Assembly: GCA_964438995.1 (NCBI GenBank)
Contig: CAYTMQ010000003.1
Coordinates: 249,600 to 313,599, forward strand
Reading direction: 5' to 3'
DNA length: 64,000 nucleotides
From: an uncultured Chitinophaga sp.
GTDB lineage: Bacteria; Bacteroidota; Bacteroidia; NS11-12g; UBA955
Shown here: in pieces, positions 1 through 10,936 of the stretch
Position numbering within the stretch: position 1 is the stretch's first letter
How the letters are laid out: every line of letters starts with the position of its first letter
Notes under the pieces: generated by a model
The model's database searches: none
What the model saw: only the letters and a program-made list of their open reading frames with translations
Told to the model about the DNA's origin: nothing
Translations under genes and position numbers: made by a program

Positions 1-1
1 A

Positions 2-1275
2 TTAAGTTTTCAATTTTTTCTTTTTCGCACTTGGAAATAGAATGTTGTTTAATATCAATCTGTAACCAGGACTGTTAGGGAACAATGCCAGATTGGTTGG
101 TGGTTCATCAATCATGTGCTGATAATCTTCTGGGTCGTGACCGCTATAAAAAGTCCAAGTGCCTTTACCCATACTTCCATGAATGTATCTCGCTTCTTGG
201 AGTGCTTTGTTTTCTCCCATCACCAACACTTCACTTTTAATATATTGTTTTCTAAATGCGGTTGTTTGTCCCATGAATCCTTTGATGGTTTGGGTATGAT
301 TTTGACAAAGCATGGTCGGCACTATATCCCATTTTGCACTGAAGTCGAACAAGGTAAACACGTCTGTGTTTTCTTGAACAAATTGATGAGACATGGTATT
401 GTCTATTGAAGCGTGCTCGTAAGCATATGGACTTTTTTCAATCAGAAAATCTTTGAATGCGAAACAATTGTTGTAATTCAATTTTTCTTGTGCGTCTGGA
501 TCCATACCATCGTAATCAAACATGCTCTCGCAAATATCCGTTCCATCTGCCGCCAATGCGATATCATAGGTATCTGTGGCACTGCACATAGCAAACAAGA
601 AGCCTCCACCCAATACAAAATCTCTAATTTTTTTTGTCACGGCCAACTTCATTTGAGACACCTTTGCATATCCATGTTTGGCTGCACTGGCTTCACTTTC
701 TTTAACCTCCTCTATATACCAAGGAGCATTTCTATGACTGTACCAAAACTTTCCATACTGACCAGTGAAATCTTCGTGGTGCAAATGCAACCAATCGTAC
801 AATAGCAACTTATCTTCTAGAACTTCATCGTCAAAAACTTTGTCATACGGTATCTCTGCATATTCTAATACCATAGTCACTGCATCGTCCCAAGGTTGTT
901 TATTTTTCGGAGTGTATACAGCAATTTTTGGAGCCTTTAGTAGTTTAACACTTTCCATATTGGCCTCAGGATTTGCTATTTCAGTTAGTATAGAATTTGC
1001 CTTACTTTCTGTAATGACTTCGTATCCAACGCCTCTTATTTTTAGCTCATTTTCGTATGTAACATCAAAATTAAAGAGAAAACTTCCGCCTTCATAATTC
1101 AATAACCATTCAACTTCGCCACCTTTATTGAGAACCCAATAGGCAATACCATAAGCTTTCAGATGGTTCTTCTGAGTTTCATTCATGGTAATTATAATTT
1201 GCAAAGCTGATGCTTGTTTTGCGAGCACCAACAATACAAAAAGTAGTAATCCATGTAATTTCTTTGTTTTCATTT
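2..1275 (-). CDS. Secreted hypothetical protein, C-terminally truncated by the window edge. May belong to a Bacteroidetes family that databases often label 'asparagine synthetase B'.
   Basis: Long ORF with an N-terminal signal peptide (MKTKKLHGLLLFVLLVLAKQASA). The ORF runs to the window edge. No catalytic motif recognised. Confidence 0.35.
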
Positions 1276-1632
1276 TATAAGTAAATAAGCCAAAACACAT
1301 AATCCAATTCCTATCACATTGCTTAATCCCACATAAGTAAACGCTATTCCTTGATGATTATTTTTCATCAATTGAAAAAACTCTAGTGAAAAGGATGAGA
1401 AGGTTGTAAATCCCCCTAAAAATCCTGTAAACACAAGCAATACCAGAGTTTCCGACCAGCGATATTTAACCGATAAAGCTGCCAATAATCCTATCAAAAG
1501 ACATCCCAAACAATTCACTAAAAAAGTTGACATAGGAAAACTTTGCCCATCGCTTTTTCCGATACCTTCTTGAATAAGGAATCTACTTAAAGCGCCCAAA
1601 CCTCCTCCTATTGCAACAAGTAAATAGTTCAT
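1270..1632 (-). CDS. crcB: Fluoride ion channel CrcB/FluC
   Basis: 120-aa four-TM protein with GGxGAxxR and GFxGGFTTFS(S)F motifs typical of CrcB. Confidence 0.85.
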   Translation of the reverse strand: MNYLLVAIGGGLGALSRFLIQEGIGKSDGQSFPMSTFLVNCLGCLLIGLLAALSVKYRWSETLVLLVFTGFLGGFTTFSSFSLEFFQLMKNNHQGIAFTYVGLSNVIGIGLCVLAYLLIK

Positions 1633-2537
1633 CTATATTGTTCTAATTGTTGTTTCACCAAAGCAAGACCTTCTTCAAAACTGTGAGGCTCATATCCAAA
1701 ATCTTTTCTTGCTTTATCAATTACAAAACCAGTGATTGGCGGACGTTTAGCTGGTTGATTCAATACGTCTGAAGAAGTTGTGCTGACACAAGCCTTATCA
1801 TAGCCAAAAAAATCAGCCACTTTAAACACCAATTCATCAATTCTAAAAAAGTCTTTTCCCGATATGTTGTAAATACCATTGGCAGTCTTAGATTCAGCCA
1901 AATAGCAACCCATAGCTAAATCTTCGGCTAGAGTAGGAGTTCTAAATTGATCATTTACGACTTTCATAGGTTGTTGCTTTTCCAATGCCCCTTTTGCCCA
2001 TAAAACGATGTTACTTCTGCTCATGTCTGCAACAACACCATATACTAATACTGTTCTAAGAATTGCATAGCTATTGCTTTTAGATGTCACTGCTAATTCA
2101 CCTTTATACTTCGACCAACCATAATAACTCAATGGTTTAGGTTCTTCAAGTTCTGTTAACGGACCATGGGTACCATCAAAAATAAAATCTGTAGAAATAT
2201 GAATCAAATGGGAATTGTGTTTATTACAAGCATCAACTAAATAACTGACAGCATGAACATTCAATTTATCGCACCCTTCTTTATCTGTTTCACAAGCGTC
2301 TACATTGGTCATAGCCGCTGTGTTGATGACTGCATCTGGTTTAACAACATCAAAAACTTCATGCACTTGAGCTTCATTTGTGATGTCTAATTCGTGGTAT
2401 TCGAATAATCCTTTTTGTGGATGTCTGCATGCACCAACGCCTGTGCCTATAACAATTCTATCCGTTTTTGTTAAATATAAATCTATAAGTTTCTGTCCTA
2501 ATAATCCGTTTGCACCTGTAATAAGTATTTTCTTCAT
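1629..2537 (-). CDS. NAD(P)-dependent sugar-nucleotide reductase, RmlD-like (dTDP-4-dehydrorhamnose reductase family / SDR)
   Basis: N-terminal Rossmann motif MKKILITGANGLLG. YxxxK catalytic motif (YYGWSKYKGE). ~300 aa, typical RmlD length. Start overlaps the crcB stop. Confidence 0.6.
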   Translation of the reverse strand: MKKILITGANGLLGQKLIDLYLTKTDRIVIGTGVGACRHPQKGLFEYHELDITNEAQVHEVFDVVKPDAVINTAAMTNVDACETDKEGCDKLNVHAVSYLVDACNKHNSHLIHISTDFIFDGTHGPLTELEEPKPLSYYGWSKYKGELAVTSKSNSYAILRTVLVYGVVADMSRSNIVLWAKGALEKQQPMKVVNDQFRTPTLAEDLAMGCYLAESKTANGIYNISGKDFFRIDELVFKVADFFGYDKACVSTTSSDVLNQPAKRPPITGFVIDKARKDFGYEPHSFEEGLALVKQQLEQYR

Positions 2538-2551
2538 TTATGACTTTTTAT

Positions 2552-3022
2552 CTATTTGGTTTTCTTTTTTTTCTTTGATTTTTTACCGCCCTTTGTAGCT
2601 TCTTGTTGTTTTTGATATTCATCTAATTCCTTCTTAAATGCGCCATTGACAACTTTTACTTTAAATCTTGCATACCTTTCAGGACCAGTATTAATGATGA
2701 TGACTTCTTTTACCAATGATTCTCCGCCAAAGCCTTTGCTGTGAAACACAACATGCACTTTACCTCTTTCACCTGGAGCTATTTTACCTTTGGTATATGT
2801 CGGATAAGTGCACCCGCAAGCAGGGTATGCCTGATTGATTTTAACTGAATCCTTTCCAACATTTGTAAACCAAAAATCAAATTGGACTGAATCTCCATCT
2901 AAAACTTTACCAAAATCAGCAGTATCAAGGTCAAACTTGATTTCACCCTGAGCAGATACTTGATTAAAAGTACAAGTAGAAATAAGAATTAAAAGCAGAA
3001 AAAATATTCGTTTGTCGAACAT
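2552..3022 (-). CDS. DUF1573 domain-containing secreted protein
   Basis: Signal peptide. Conserved CGCT motif in an Ig-like fold, characteristic of DUF1573. Lys-rich C-terminus. Confidence 0.6.
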   Translation of the reverse strand: MFDKRIFFLLLILISTCTFNQVSAQGEIKFDLDTADFGKVLDGDSVQFDFWFTNVGKDSVKINQAYPACGCTYPTYTKGKIAPGERGKVHVVFHSKGFGGESLVKEVIIINTGPERYARFKVKVVNGAFKKELDEYQKQQEATKGGKKSKKKKKTK

Positions 3023-3061
3023 AAGTTACGAAATTACTGAAAAATTATTATTCTTGCCACC

Positions 3062-5134
3062 ATGAAACGACTAATTACCAGATTTTTTGTATTAGCCTCT
3101 CCTATTGTTTTTCTAGGCAGTTGCTCAAACAATGCAAAGTCAAATGACAAATCAAATTCTAAAGACAGTATGGCAAAAGTAATACCAGCTTTCGATACCA
3201 GTTCTATCGATTCAAGGTATCGCCCTCAAGACGACTTCGACAGTTTTGCAAATGGTGGGTGGAAACTAAAGAACCCTATCCCTTCAACTGAAGGTACTTG
3301 GGGTGCATTCGGTATTCTTGATAAAGAGAATAGTGAAGTAAAATTAAAAGGCATTATCGAAGCCGCAACTAAAAACAAAGAAAATGCAGCAGGAAGCGAT
3401 GAGCAAAAAATCGCTGATATGTACAAATCTTTTATGGATACGGTTACCATAGAAAAGCTTGGTTTAGCACCGTTGAAACCATACATTGATCAAATTGAAT
3501 CAATAACTGATTTAAACCAATGGACTGCAACAAGTGGCGAACTCCAAAAGATTGGCGTGTCTTCTGTTGTAGGCATTTACGTTGATGCCGATGATAGAAA
3601 CAGCAAAATGAATGCAGTAAAATGGACTCAGTCAGGTTTGAGTTTAGGTGAAAAAAGCTACTACTCTGGCAAAGACGAACGCATGAAAATGATTCGCGAT
3701 GAGTTTGTTAAACACGTTGACAACATGATGTCATTGAGTGGTAAAAATTTTCCTAATGCAGGTAAAACTCTTTTGAATTTTGAAACGGCTTTAGCTGCAA
3801 TTCAATTAAGCAATGTTGAATTAAGAGACCCAATTAAAACTTACAATAAAATTCCTAGCGAAGAATTGAAAAAATTGTCAAAAAATGTGGACTGGAATCT
3901 ATTTGCTTCTAAACAAGGTATTGTAACAAATGAAGTAATTGTACAAAATACTAAGTACTTTACTTCCTTAAACAATTTGTTGAGCAAAACACCTATAGAA
4001 ACCTTAAAATTATATACTTACTACAAATTAATTTCAGGATTCTCAACCTATTTACCAAAAGCCATTAAAGATGAAAAATTCAATTTCTATGGCACAATTA
4101 AAAGCGGTATCAAAGAACAAAAGAAAAGAGATATTCAAGCTATTGATATTACTGAAGGTTTAGGCGAAGGCAACATCTTGGGTAGATTGTATGTAAAACA
4201 ATATTTCCCAGAATCTTCAAAGAAAAAAGTTGCTGAAATGATTGAAAATGTAAGAGCAGTATACGGCGAACGCATTGATAAACTGACTTGGATGAGCGAC
4301 AGCACAAAAATGATGGCGAAGAAAAAACTATCGACTTTCACTTATAAAATTGGATATCCTGACAAATGGGACGATTATTCATCGATCACCGTTAAATCAA
4401 ATGCTCTTCTAGAAAATGTGATCAGTAACACATTATGGAGTCATAACAAAATGTTAAAAGATGTTGGCGCACCAGTAGATAAATCAAGATGGTATATGGC
4501 ACCACAAATGGTAAATGCATATTACAATCCATTGAACAACGAAGTGGTATTCCCAGCTGGTATTTTACAAGCGCCATTTTTCAATCCAAATGCTGATGAT
4601 GCCATCAATTATGGCGGAATCATCGCTGTAATTGGTCACGAATTTACCCACGGCTTTGACGACCAAGGAGCTCAATACGACGAAATTGGCAATTTGAAAA
4701 ATTGGTGGACCAAGCAAGATGCTGAAAACTTCAGTGCATTAAGTAAAAAATATATTGCTTACTTTGATGCATTCGAAGCTTTACCTGGTGTGCATGTTAA
4801 CGGCAGTTTAACCATTGGTGAAAACATTGCAGATTTAGGTGGTTTGACATTGGCTTATTACGCTTTAGAACGTTCGTTAAAAGGCAAACCAGAACCAGCT
4901 AAAATTGATGGTTACACTTGGCAACAACGCTTCTTCTTAAGTTGGGCTCAAGTATGGCACAACAACATCAAAGACGAAGAATTGAGAAACAGATTGCAAA
5001 CCGACCCTCACTCACCTGCAAGATATAGAATCAACGGTCCTTTAAAACACTTACAAGAATTCTACAATGCTTGGGGTGTTAAAGAAGGCGACAAAATGTG
5101 GATTCCTGCAGAGATGAGAGTTAGTATTTGGTAA
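3062..5134 (+). CDS. pepO: M13 family zinc metallopeptidase (neprilysin/PepO-like), lipoprotein
   Basis: HEFTHGFD zinc-binding HExxH motif. GENIADLGG (ENxADxGG) motif. ~690 aa. Lipobox-like LGSC near the N-terminus. Confidence 0.85.
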   Translation: MKRLITRFFVLASPIVFLGSCSNNAKSNDKSNSKDSMAKVIPAFDTSSIDSRYRPQDDFDSFANGGWKLKNPIPSTEGTWGAFGILDKENSEVKLKGIIEAATKNKENAAGSDEQKIADMYKSFMDTVTIEKLGLAPLKPYIDQIESITDLNQWTATSGELQKIGVSSVVGIYVDADDRNSKMNAVKWTQSGLSLGEKSYYSGKDERMKMIRDEFVKHVDNMMSLSGKNFPNAGKTLLNFETALAAIQLSNVELRDPIKTYNKIPSEELKKLSKNVDWNLFASKQGIVTNEVIVQNTKYFTSLNNLLSKTPIETLKLYTYYKLISGFSTYLPKAIKDEKFNFYGTIKSGIKEQKKRDIQAIDITEGLGEGNILGRLYVKQYFPESSKKKVAEMIENVRAVYGERIDKLTWMSDSTKMMAKKKLSTFTYKIGYPDKWDDYSSITVKSNALLENVISNTLWSHNKMLKDVGAPVDKSRWYMAPQMVNAYYNPLNNEVVFPAGILQAPFFNPNADDAINYGGIIAVIGHEFTHGFDDQGAQYDEIGNLKNWWTKQDAENFSALSKKYIAYFDAFEALPGVHVNGSLTIGENIADLGGLTLAYYALERSLKGKPEPAKIDGYTWQQRFFLSWAQVWHNNIKDEELRNRLQTDPHSPARYRINGPLKHLQEFYNAWGVKEGDKMWIPAEMRVSIW

Positions 5135-5155
5135 TACATGACATTATTAAACGAA

Positions 5156-5186
5156 AAAGCCCACTTAATTTGGTGGGCTTTTTTTA
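5156..5186 (+). terminator. Rho-independent terminator after the M13 peptidase gene
   Basis: GC stem AAAGCCCAC / GTGGGCTTT followed by a T7 run (aaaagcccacttaatttggtgggcttttttt). Confidence 0.7.
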
Positions 5187-5271
5187 TGTCCAATTGCATT
5201 CTGATAGCTTAAAAACTTATTCACGCATGATGGAAATTCAATGAGTTTAATGCACCTTTGTGCGTCAATAG

Positions 5272-6633
5272 ATGTCAAAGGCGGTCGTAAAATATTTTTG
5301 TAAAAACTGTGGGCACTCAGCCTCTAAATGGCTTGGCAAATGCCCTTCTTGTGATGCTTGGAACAGTTTTACAGAAGAGGTAGTACACAAAACTACAGGG
5401 GCAAAAAAAATTTGGGGCAAAGGTCAGCAACAACACACTGAGCCCATTAAAATTATTGATATAGTTGAAGGCAATGAACAACGATTTCTGTTAACTGACA
5501 ACGAGCTCAATAGGGTTTTAGGTGGCGGATTGGTTACTGGCTCAATTACATTGATTGGTGGTGAACCTGGTATTGGTAAATCAACTCTTTTGTTACAACT
5601 TGCATTAAATCTACAAAAAAAAGTACTTTACATCAGCGGAGAAGAAAGTGAATCACAGCTTAAAATGAGAGCTGAACGTATTGGCATCAAAAACGACAAT
5701 TGCTATGTGCTTTGTGAAACATCCCTTGATAGTTTATTAAAATATTTAGAAAAAGATGTCCCTGAGGTTTTAATTGTTGACTCGGTTCAAACTTTGTCTA
5801 GTGAAAGCATAGATTCTCCTCCAGGTAGTATCAGTCAAATTAAAGAATGTACTGCAGAATTGTTGCGTTTTGCAAAAACCACTAATGTGCCAGTGTTCTT
5901 AATTGGTCACATCAACAAAGATGGCAATATTGCTGGTCCAAAAGTGTTAGAGCATATGGTTGATACGGTGCTTCAATTTGAAGGCGATAGACATTACAAT
6001 TATAGAATTCTTAGAACACTTAAAAACCGTTTTGGCTCTGCTTCAGAAATTGGTATTTATGAAATGAAAGGCAACGGTTTGAGAGAAATTGAAAACCCTT
6101 CAGAAATACTTATCAGTGAAAGAGAAGACCATCTAAGTGGCAGTAGTATCAGTTGTGCTGTAGAAGGCATACGACCAATTTTACTTGAGACACAGGCATT
6201 GGTAAGCTCTGCAGTTTATGGTACTCCTCAACGGACCAGCAATGGTTTTGATTTGAGAAGATTGAGCATGTTATTGGCTGTATTAGAAAAAAGATGTGGT
6301 TTTCAACTGGGTGTAAAAGACGTGTTCATCAACATTGCTGGAGGAATGAAATTAGAAGACCCTGGATTGGATTTGGGCATCGTTGCATCCATCTTATCAT
6401 CCTACCAAAATATCGCCATCAGTAAAGACATTGCATTTGCTGGAGAAATAGGATTGAGTGGAGAAGTTAGAGCAGTATCAAGAATTGAACAACGCATCTC
6501 AGAAGCAGAAAAACTAGGCTTTAAAGAGATGATGGTTTCAAAATACAACAAAGGAATAGAACAACACGCTTCTAAAATTAAGCTGGTAAAAATCGGCAAA
6601 GTAGAAGAAGCTTTTGAATGGTTATTTGGATAA
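5272..6633 (+). CDS. radA: DNA repair protein RadA (Sms)
   Basis: N-terminal C4 zinc finger (CKNCGHS...CPSCDAW). Walker A GEPGIGKST. KNRFG motif. Lon-like C-terminal domain. Confidence 0.9.
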   Translation: MSKAVVKYFCKNCGHSASKWLGKCPSCDAWNSFTEEVVHKTTGAKKIWGKGQQQHTEPIKIIDIVEGNEQRFLLTDNELNRVLGGGLVTGSITLIGGEPGIGKSTLLLQLALNLQKKVLYISGEESESQLKMRAERIGIKNDNCYVLCETSLDSLLKYLEKDVPEVLIVDSVQTLSSESIDSPPGSISQIKECTAELLRFAKTTNVPVFLIGHINKDGNIAGPKVLEHMVDTVLQFEGDRHYNYRILRTLKNRFGSASEIGIYEMKGNGLREIENPSEILISEREDHLSGSSISCAVEGIRPILLETQALVSSAVYGTPQRTSNGFDLRRLSMLLAVLEKRCGFQLGVKDVFINIAGGMKLEDPGLDLGIVASILSSYQNIAISKDIAFAGEIGLSGEVRAVSRIEQRISEAEKLGFKEMMVSKYNKGIEQHASKIKLVKIGKVEEAFEWLFG

Positions 6634-6636
6634 TAA

Positions 6637-7872
6637 TTGATGAAAAACAAATTAGCATATTGGATTTTAGGCGGACTGGTGTTAGGCATACTAGCGGGAC
6701 ATCTAGCGCATACATTTTTTGAAAGCGACAAAGAAGCATTGGATACGTTTATCAAGTACACATCTCTTGGTAACTATATCTTTTTGAAATTGATTAAATT
6801 GATCATTTCTCCACTTGTACTTAGTACGCTTGTGGTTGGAGTTGCTGGAATTGGCGATGCTAAAACCATTGGTAGAATGGGTGCTAAAACCATCGGTTGG
6901 TTTGTGTTTGCAAGTTTAATGTCGTTAACATTAGGTTTGATTTTGGTGAACATTCTTCAACCTGGATTAGCCTTTGTAGATCAAGTAGGTAATTTACCAG
7001 ATACTGGTTTAAAGAGCGATGATTTTACCCTTTTGCACTTTATTGATCAATTGTTCCCTGAGAACATTATTCTGGCTTTATCAAGTCATAAAACTGTACT
7101 ACAAATTGTCATTTTCTCTATCTTTTTCGGATTAGCATTGGCTGGTATTGGAGAAAAAGGTGAGCCAATGATCAAACTAATGGATTCATTGGCGCATGCC
7201 ATGTTAAAACTTACAAACATGATTATGTGGTTGGCACCATTAGCTGTATTTAGTTCCATTTCAGTGGTTATTGCTAAACAAGGATTGCATGTACTAGCAG
7301 ATTACAGCAAATTGATTTTGATGTTTTATGGTGGTTTATTGATATTATGGGTCATCTTATTAGGATTTGGATTTGCATTTATAAGAAAAAAAATCTGGTC
7401 CCTATTAAGTCATATTAAAGAACCTTTGATGTTAGCATTTGCAACAGCAAGCAGCGAGTCGGCATATCCTAAATTATTGAATCAATTAGAACGATTTGGC
7501 ATCAAAGAAAAAGTAACAAGCTTTGTACTTCCACTAGGCTATTCGTTCAACTTAGATGGTAGTATGATGTATATGACCTTTGGATCATTATTGCTAGCAC
7601 AAGCCTATGGCATTCATTTAGAATTAAGTCAACAAATTACCATGTTATTGGTGTTGATGATAACTAGTAAAGGAATTGCAGGAGTACCGAGAGCATCTTT
7701 GGTTGTAATAGCTGCAACGGTTGCAGGCTTTGGAATTCCAGAAGCTGGATTGGCGTTATTACTACCTATAGACCAATTCTTAGACATGGGTAGAACAGCC
7801 ACAAATGTTGTTGGAAATGCAGTTGCTACAGTAGCAGTAAGTAAGATGGAAGGTGAAGAGATCCATCATTAG
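6637..7872 (+). CDS. Dicarboxylate/amino acid:cation symporter (DAACS family, GltP/DctA-like)
   Basis: ~410-aa polytopic membrane protein with a typical DAACS sequence pattern. Confidence 0.75.
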   Translation: MMKNKLAYWILGGLVLGILAGHLAHTFFESDKEALDTFIKYTSLGNYIFLKLIKLIISPLVLSTLVVGVAGIGDAKTIGRMGAKTIGWFVFASLMSLTLGLILVNILQPGLAFVDQVGNLPDTGLKSDDFTLLHFIDQLFPENIILALSSHKTVLQIVIFSIFFGLALAGIGEKGEPMIKLMDSLAHAMLKLTNMIMWLAPLAVFSSISVVIAKQGLHVLADYSKLILMFYGGLLILWVILLGFGFAFIRKKIWSLLSHIKEPLMLAFATASSESAYPKLLNQLERFGIKEKVTSFVLPLGYSFNLDGSMMYMTFGSLLLAQAYGIHLELSQQITMLLVLMITSKGIAGVPRASLVVIAATVAGFGIPEAGLALLLPIDQFLDMGRTATNVVGNAVATVAVSKMEGEEIHH

Positions 7873-7943
7873 ATGAAATAGACAATTCACAATTAATGGT
7901 GATAAATTGCTATTTATTGATTGAAAACACAAAAATTAAATCA

Positions 7944-7951
7944 TACTTTTG
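7944..7951 (+). promoter_or_regulatory. Candidate Bacteroidetes sigma-A -7 element (TAnnTTTG) upstream of metK
   Basis: tacttttg lies 19 nt upstream of the metK ATG. Matches the Bacteroidetes -7 consensus TAnnTTTG. Confidence 0.3.
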
Positions 7952-7969
7952 CAACACATTTTATAAAAC

Positions 7970-9223
7970 ATGCCTTATTTATTTACATCAGAGTCCGTAT
8001 CAGAAGGACATCCGGACAAAGTTGCTGACCAAATCAGTGACGCTTTGATAGATAATTTCTTAGCATTCGATCCACAAAGTAAAGTGGCTTGCGAAACTTT
8101 GGTAACCACAGGTCAGGTAGTATTAGCTGGTGAAGTAAAATCATCTGCATACCTTGATGTGCAAACCATTGCTAGAGATGTTATCAAAAAAATCGGTTAC
8201 ACAAAAAGCGAATACATGTTCGAAGCCAATTCTTGCGGTGTATTCTCTGCAATCCACGAACAAAGTTCTGATATCAACCAAGGTGTTGACAAGAAAAAGA
8301 AAGAAGAACAAGGTGCTGGTGACCAAGGCATGATGTTCGGTTATGCAACAATTGAAACTGAAAACTACATGCCACTAGCGCTTGATTTATCTCATAAAAT
8401 CTTAATCGAGCTTGCTGCTTTAAGAAGAGAAAACAAAGCCATCAAATACTTAAGACCAGATGCTAAAAGTCAGGTGACACTTGAGTACAATGATAAAAAT
8501 GAGCCAGTAAGAATTGATACCATTGTTGTATCAACACAGCACGACGACTTCGATTCAGAAGCTAAGATGTTGGCTAAAATCAAGAAAGACATCATCGACA
8601 TTTTGATTCCAAGAGTTAAAGCCAAATATCCTAAATACAAAAAATTATTCAACGATAAAATCACTTACCACATCAATCCAACTGGTAAATTCGTAATTGG
8701 TGGTCCACATGGTGATACTGGTTTAACAGGTAGAAAAATCATCGTAGATACTTACGGTGGTAAAGGTGCACATGGTGGTGGAGCTTTCAGTGGTAAAGAT
8801 CCAAGTAAAGTTGACAGAAGTGCCGCTTATGCAACCAGACACATTGCTAAAAACTTAGTAGCTGCTGGCTTATGTAAAGAAGCGCTAGTACAAGTATCGT
8901 ACGCTATTGGTGTTGCAAAACCTACCAGTATCAACGTTAACACATACGGTACTGCTAAAGTTAAAATGACAGATGGTGAAATCTCTAAAATAGTAGAGCA
9001 AATCTTCGATATGCGTCCTTACTTCATCGAACAAAGATTCAAATTGAGATCTCCTATCTATAGCGAAACCGCAGCATACGGTCACATGGGTAGAGAAAAC
9101 CAAGTAGTATCAAAAACTTTCACAACGCCAGATGGCAAGAAAAAAACCATGAAAGTTGAATTGTTTACCTGGGAAAAATTAGACTACGTTGAAAAAGTCA
9201 AAAAAGCATTCAAACTTAAATAA
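7970..9223 (+). CDS. metK: S-adenosylmethionine synthetase
   Basis: N-terminal [13 protein letters not shown] signature. Glycine-rich GGGAFSGKD loop. ~417 aa. Confidence 0.95.
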   Translation: MPYLFTSESVSEGHPDKVADQISDALIDNFLAFDPQSKVACETLVTTGQVVLAGEVKSSAYLDVQTIARDVIKKIGYTKSEYMFEANSCGVFSAIHEQSSDINQGVDKKKKEEQGAGDQGMMFGYATIETENYMPLALDLSHKILIELAALRRENKAIKYLRPDAKSQVTLEYNDKNEPVRIDTIVVSTQHDDFDSEAKMLAKIKKDIIDILIPRVKAKYPKYKKLFNDKITYHINPTGKFVIGGPHGDTGLTGRKIIVDTYGGKGAHGGGAFSGKDPSKVDRSAAYATRHIAKNLVAAGLCKEALVQVSYAIGVAKPTSINVNTYGTAKVKMTDGEISKIVEQIFDMRPYFIEQRFKLRSPIYSETAAYGHMGRENQVVSKTFTTPDGKKKTMKVELFTWEKLDYVEKVKKAFKLK

Positions 9224-9226
9224 TAT

Positions 9227-9249
9227 AAGGGGCCTCGAGCCCCTTTTTT
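9227..9249 (+). terminator. Rho-independent terminator after metK
   Basis: aaggggcctcgagcccctttttt: GGGGC/GCCCC stem followed by a T-run. Confidence 0.7.
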
Positions 9250-9259
9250 AATATAGTAG

Positions 9260-10936
9260 ATGACCAATCAAAATGTCATAAATAAACTCACAACAACAAT
9301 AGGAACATGGCAACTGTTCTTGGTTTGTGCTTTATTTATTACAGGATTATGGCTGCCAAGAAACTGGGATTTTTATGGTAGTGGCGATTGGGATTTAACC
9401 TACACAACCTTTGAAGTAGCCAGAAAATCAATTGTCGAGTTCCATCAATGGCCTCACTACAATCCATTTTTAGCATTTGGAAGCGATTTAGACGCCAATC
9501 CTCAAGGCAACTGGATGAGTGTGTTTTTTATTCCTGTTCTTTTGTTTGGGAGCTTCTATGGCTACAAAATCTCCATACTTATGGCCATTTTAATTGGTCT
9601 ATTTGGCATGAAGAAATTGCTTATGTCTATAGGCAATGATGCTTTTCAATCTACCCAACTTTCTATCTTCTTTTGCACCGCATCTTTTTTCTCAAGCCAC
9701 ATTATAGATGCTGGTCATAGCAACTTTTTATACTTCTACTTCTTTCCATATCTCTTGTATTTTCTGAACAAATTCAGACTTCAACACAACAAGCACTTGC
9801 TGATTTGGCCACTCATCATTCTGTTTCAAATGTTGAGTGGAGGTGCACCATTTGTTTTTATTGTAGCTTGTGTAATGGTATTCGCTTGGCTAATTGGATT
9901 GTTGATACACAAACAAATTTCAATCAAAAACACTCTGCTAATTTTGAGTCCAATAGTTTTTGCGATTGGTTTGAGTTTATGGAAAATATTACCAGCCATA
10001 CAGTCGTGGAAGGAATTTCCAAGATTGGTAACAGATGATAGTCAAATCAATATTTTGGTATGGTTGCATGCATTAAATGACAGTAAAACAGATACAAGCA
10101 CACCACACGAATGGCATGAAATTACCATAGGAGTTGGACTAATTCTTCCAATTTTAATTTTAGCATACCGACAACACATAACACATTTTAAAACATGGTT
10201 CATTATAAGTTGTGTCATCATTTGGATGAGTTTAGGTAATCAACCTAATATCATTAATCCGTGGTACATCGTTCACCATTTCTTGCCCATTTTTGATGGT
10301 TTAAGAGCGCCGTTTAGATTTGGATTTATAACGTTGTTTATTGTGGTTCTTGGAAGTGGAATTATTCTTAAAAATTTAAATGATAACAAATTGGTTTTTT
10401 GGATTTTGATTGGTATTTCATTAAGTAATACTTTATCATTTAATAGCGTCTCTAGGAATATGGTATTTTCTAAAAGACTACATGATATACATTTAGAAAA
10501 CACTAAAGCGTTTGCGATTGTAAATAAAGGCATTCATTATCAAAACCATTATGAAAGTGTCAAGCACAATCAATTTCTAATTTCCGCTTATGAACCACAA
10601 CATATATCAGAGGTAAAAGACACATTAAGTGATTTTGTAAAAGGAGCAACGATGGTGAATTTTTCTCCAAACAAACTGACATTAAAAGCCAAGGATTCAA
10701 TGGTGACAGTTGCTCTGAGGTATTCCAAATATTGGACAATCAATGAAAATGCTTCTATTATCAATTCAAATGGGTTGATACATTTTAAATCAAAAGATGG
10801 AAAGGTTTACGAGTTGGAATATTCAAATCCGAATTTCGAAACTGGTCTAAAACTTTCTTTATTGGTACTGATTTTAAGTTTACTATTATTACTACCTATT
10901 AATAAGCTATTCCTTAAAAAGACTATTGCCCTATAG
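9260..10936 (+). CDS. Polytopic integral membrane protein of unknown function
   Basis: Many predicted TM helices and no recognisable catalytic motif. The true start may lie downstream of the annotated ATG. Confidence 0.5.
   Translation: MTNQNVINKLTTTIGTWQLFLVCALFITGLWLPRNWDFYGSGDWDLTYTTFEVARKSIVEFHQWPHYNPFLAFGSDLDANPQGNWMSVFFIPVLLFGSFYGYKISILMAILIGLFGMKKLLMSIGNDAFQSTQLSIFFCTASFFSSHIIDAGHSNFLYFYFFPYLLYFLNKFRLQHNKHLLIWPLIILFQMLSGGAPFVFIVACVMVFAWLIGLLIHKQISIKNTLLILSPIVFAIGLSLWKILPAIQSWKEFPRLVTDDSQINILVWLHALNDSKTDTSTPHEWHEITIGVGLILPILILAYRQHITHFKTWFIISCVIIWMSLGNQPNIINPWYIVHHFLPIFDGLRAPFRFGFITLFIVVLGSGIILKNLNDNKLVFWILIGISLSNTLSFNSVSRNMVFSKRLHDIHLENTKAFAIVNKGIHYQNHYESVKHNQFLISAYEPQHISEVKDTLSDFVKGATMVNFSPNKLTLKAKDSMVTVALRYSKYWTINENASIINSNGLIHFKSKDGKVYELEYSNPNFETGLKLSLLVLILSLLLLLPINKLFLKKTIAL

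Noticed and set aside
116-1097. Plus-strand ORFs of 97-130 aa (116-409, 413-805, 765-1097) inside the minus-strand secreted-protein gene
   Set aside because: They lie antisense to a long, well-supported ORF. Their translations are low-complexity or hydrophobic, and they have no start context. These are typical shadow ORFs of AT-rich DNA.
7873-7969. Possible SAM riboswitch upstream of metK
   Set aside because: The 97-nt leader is AT-rich and lacks the conserved helices or GC-rich pseudoknot of SAM-I or SAM-II aptamers. Only a promoter-like TAnnTTTG element was found.
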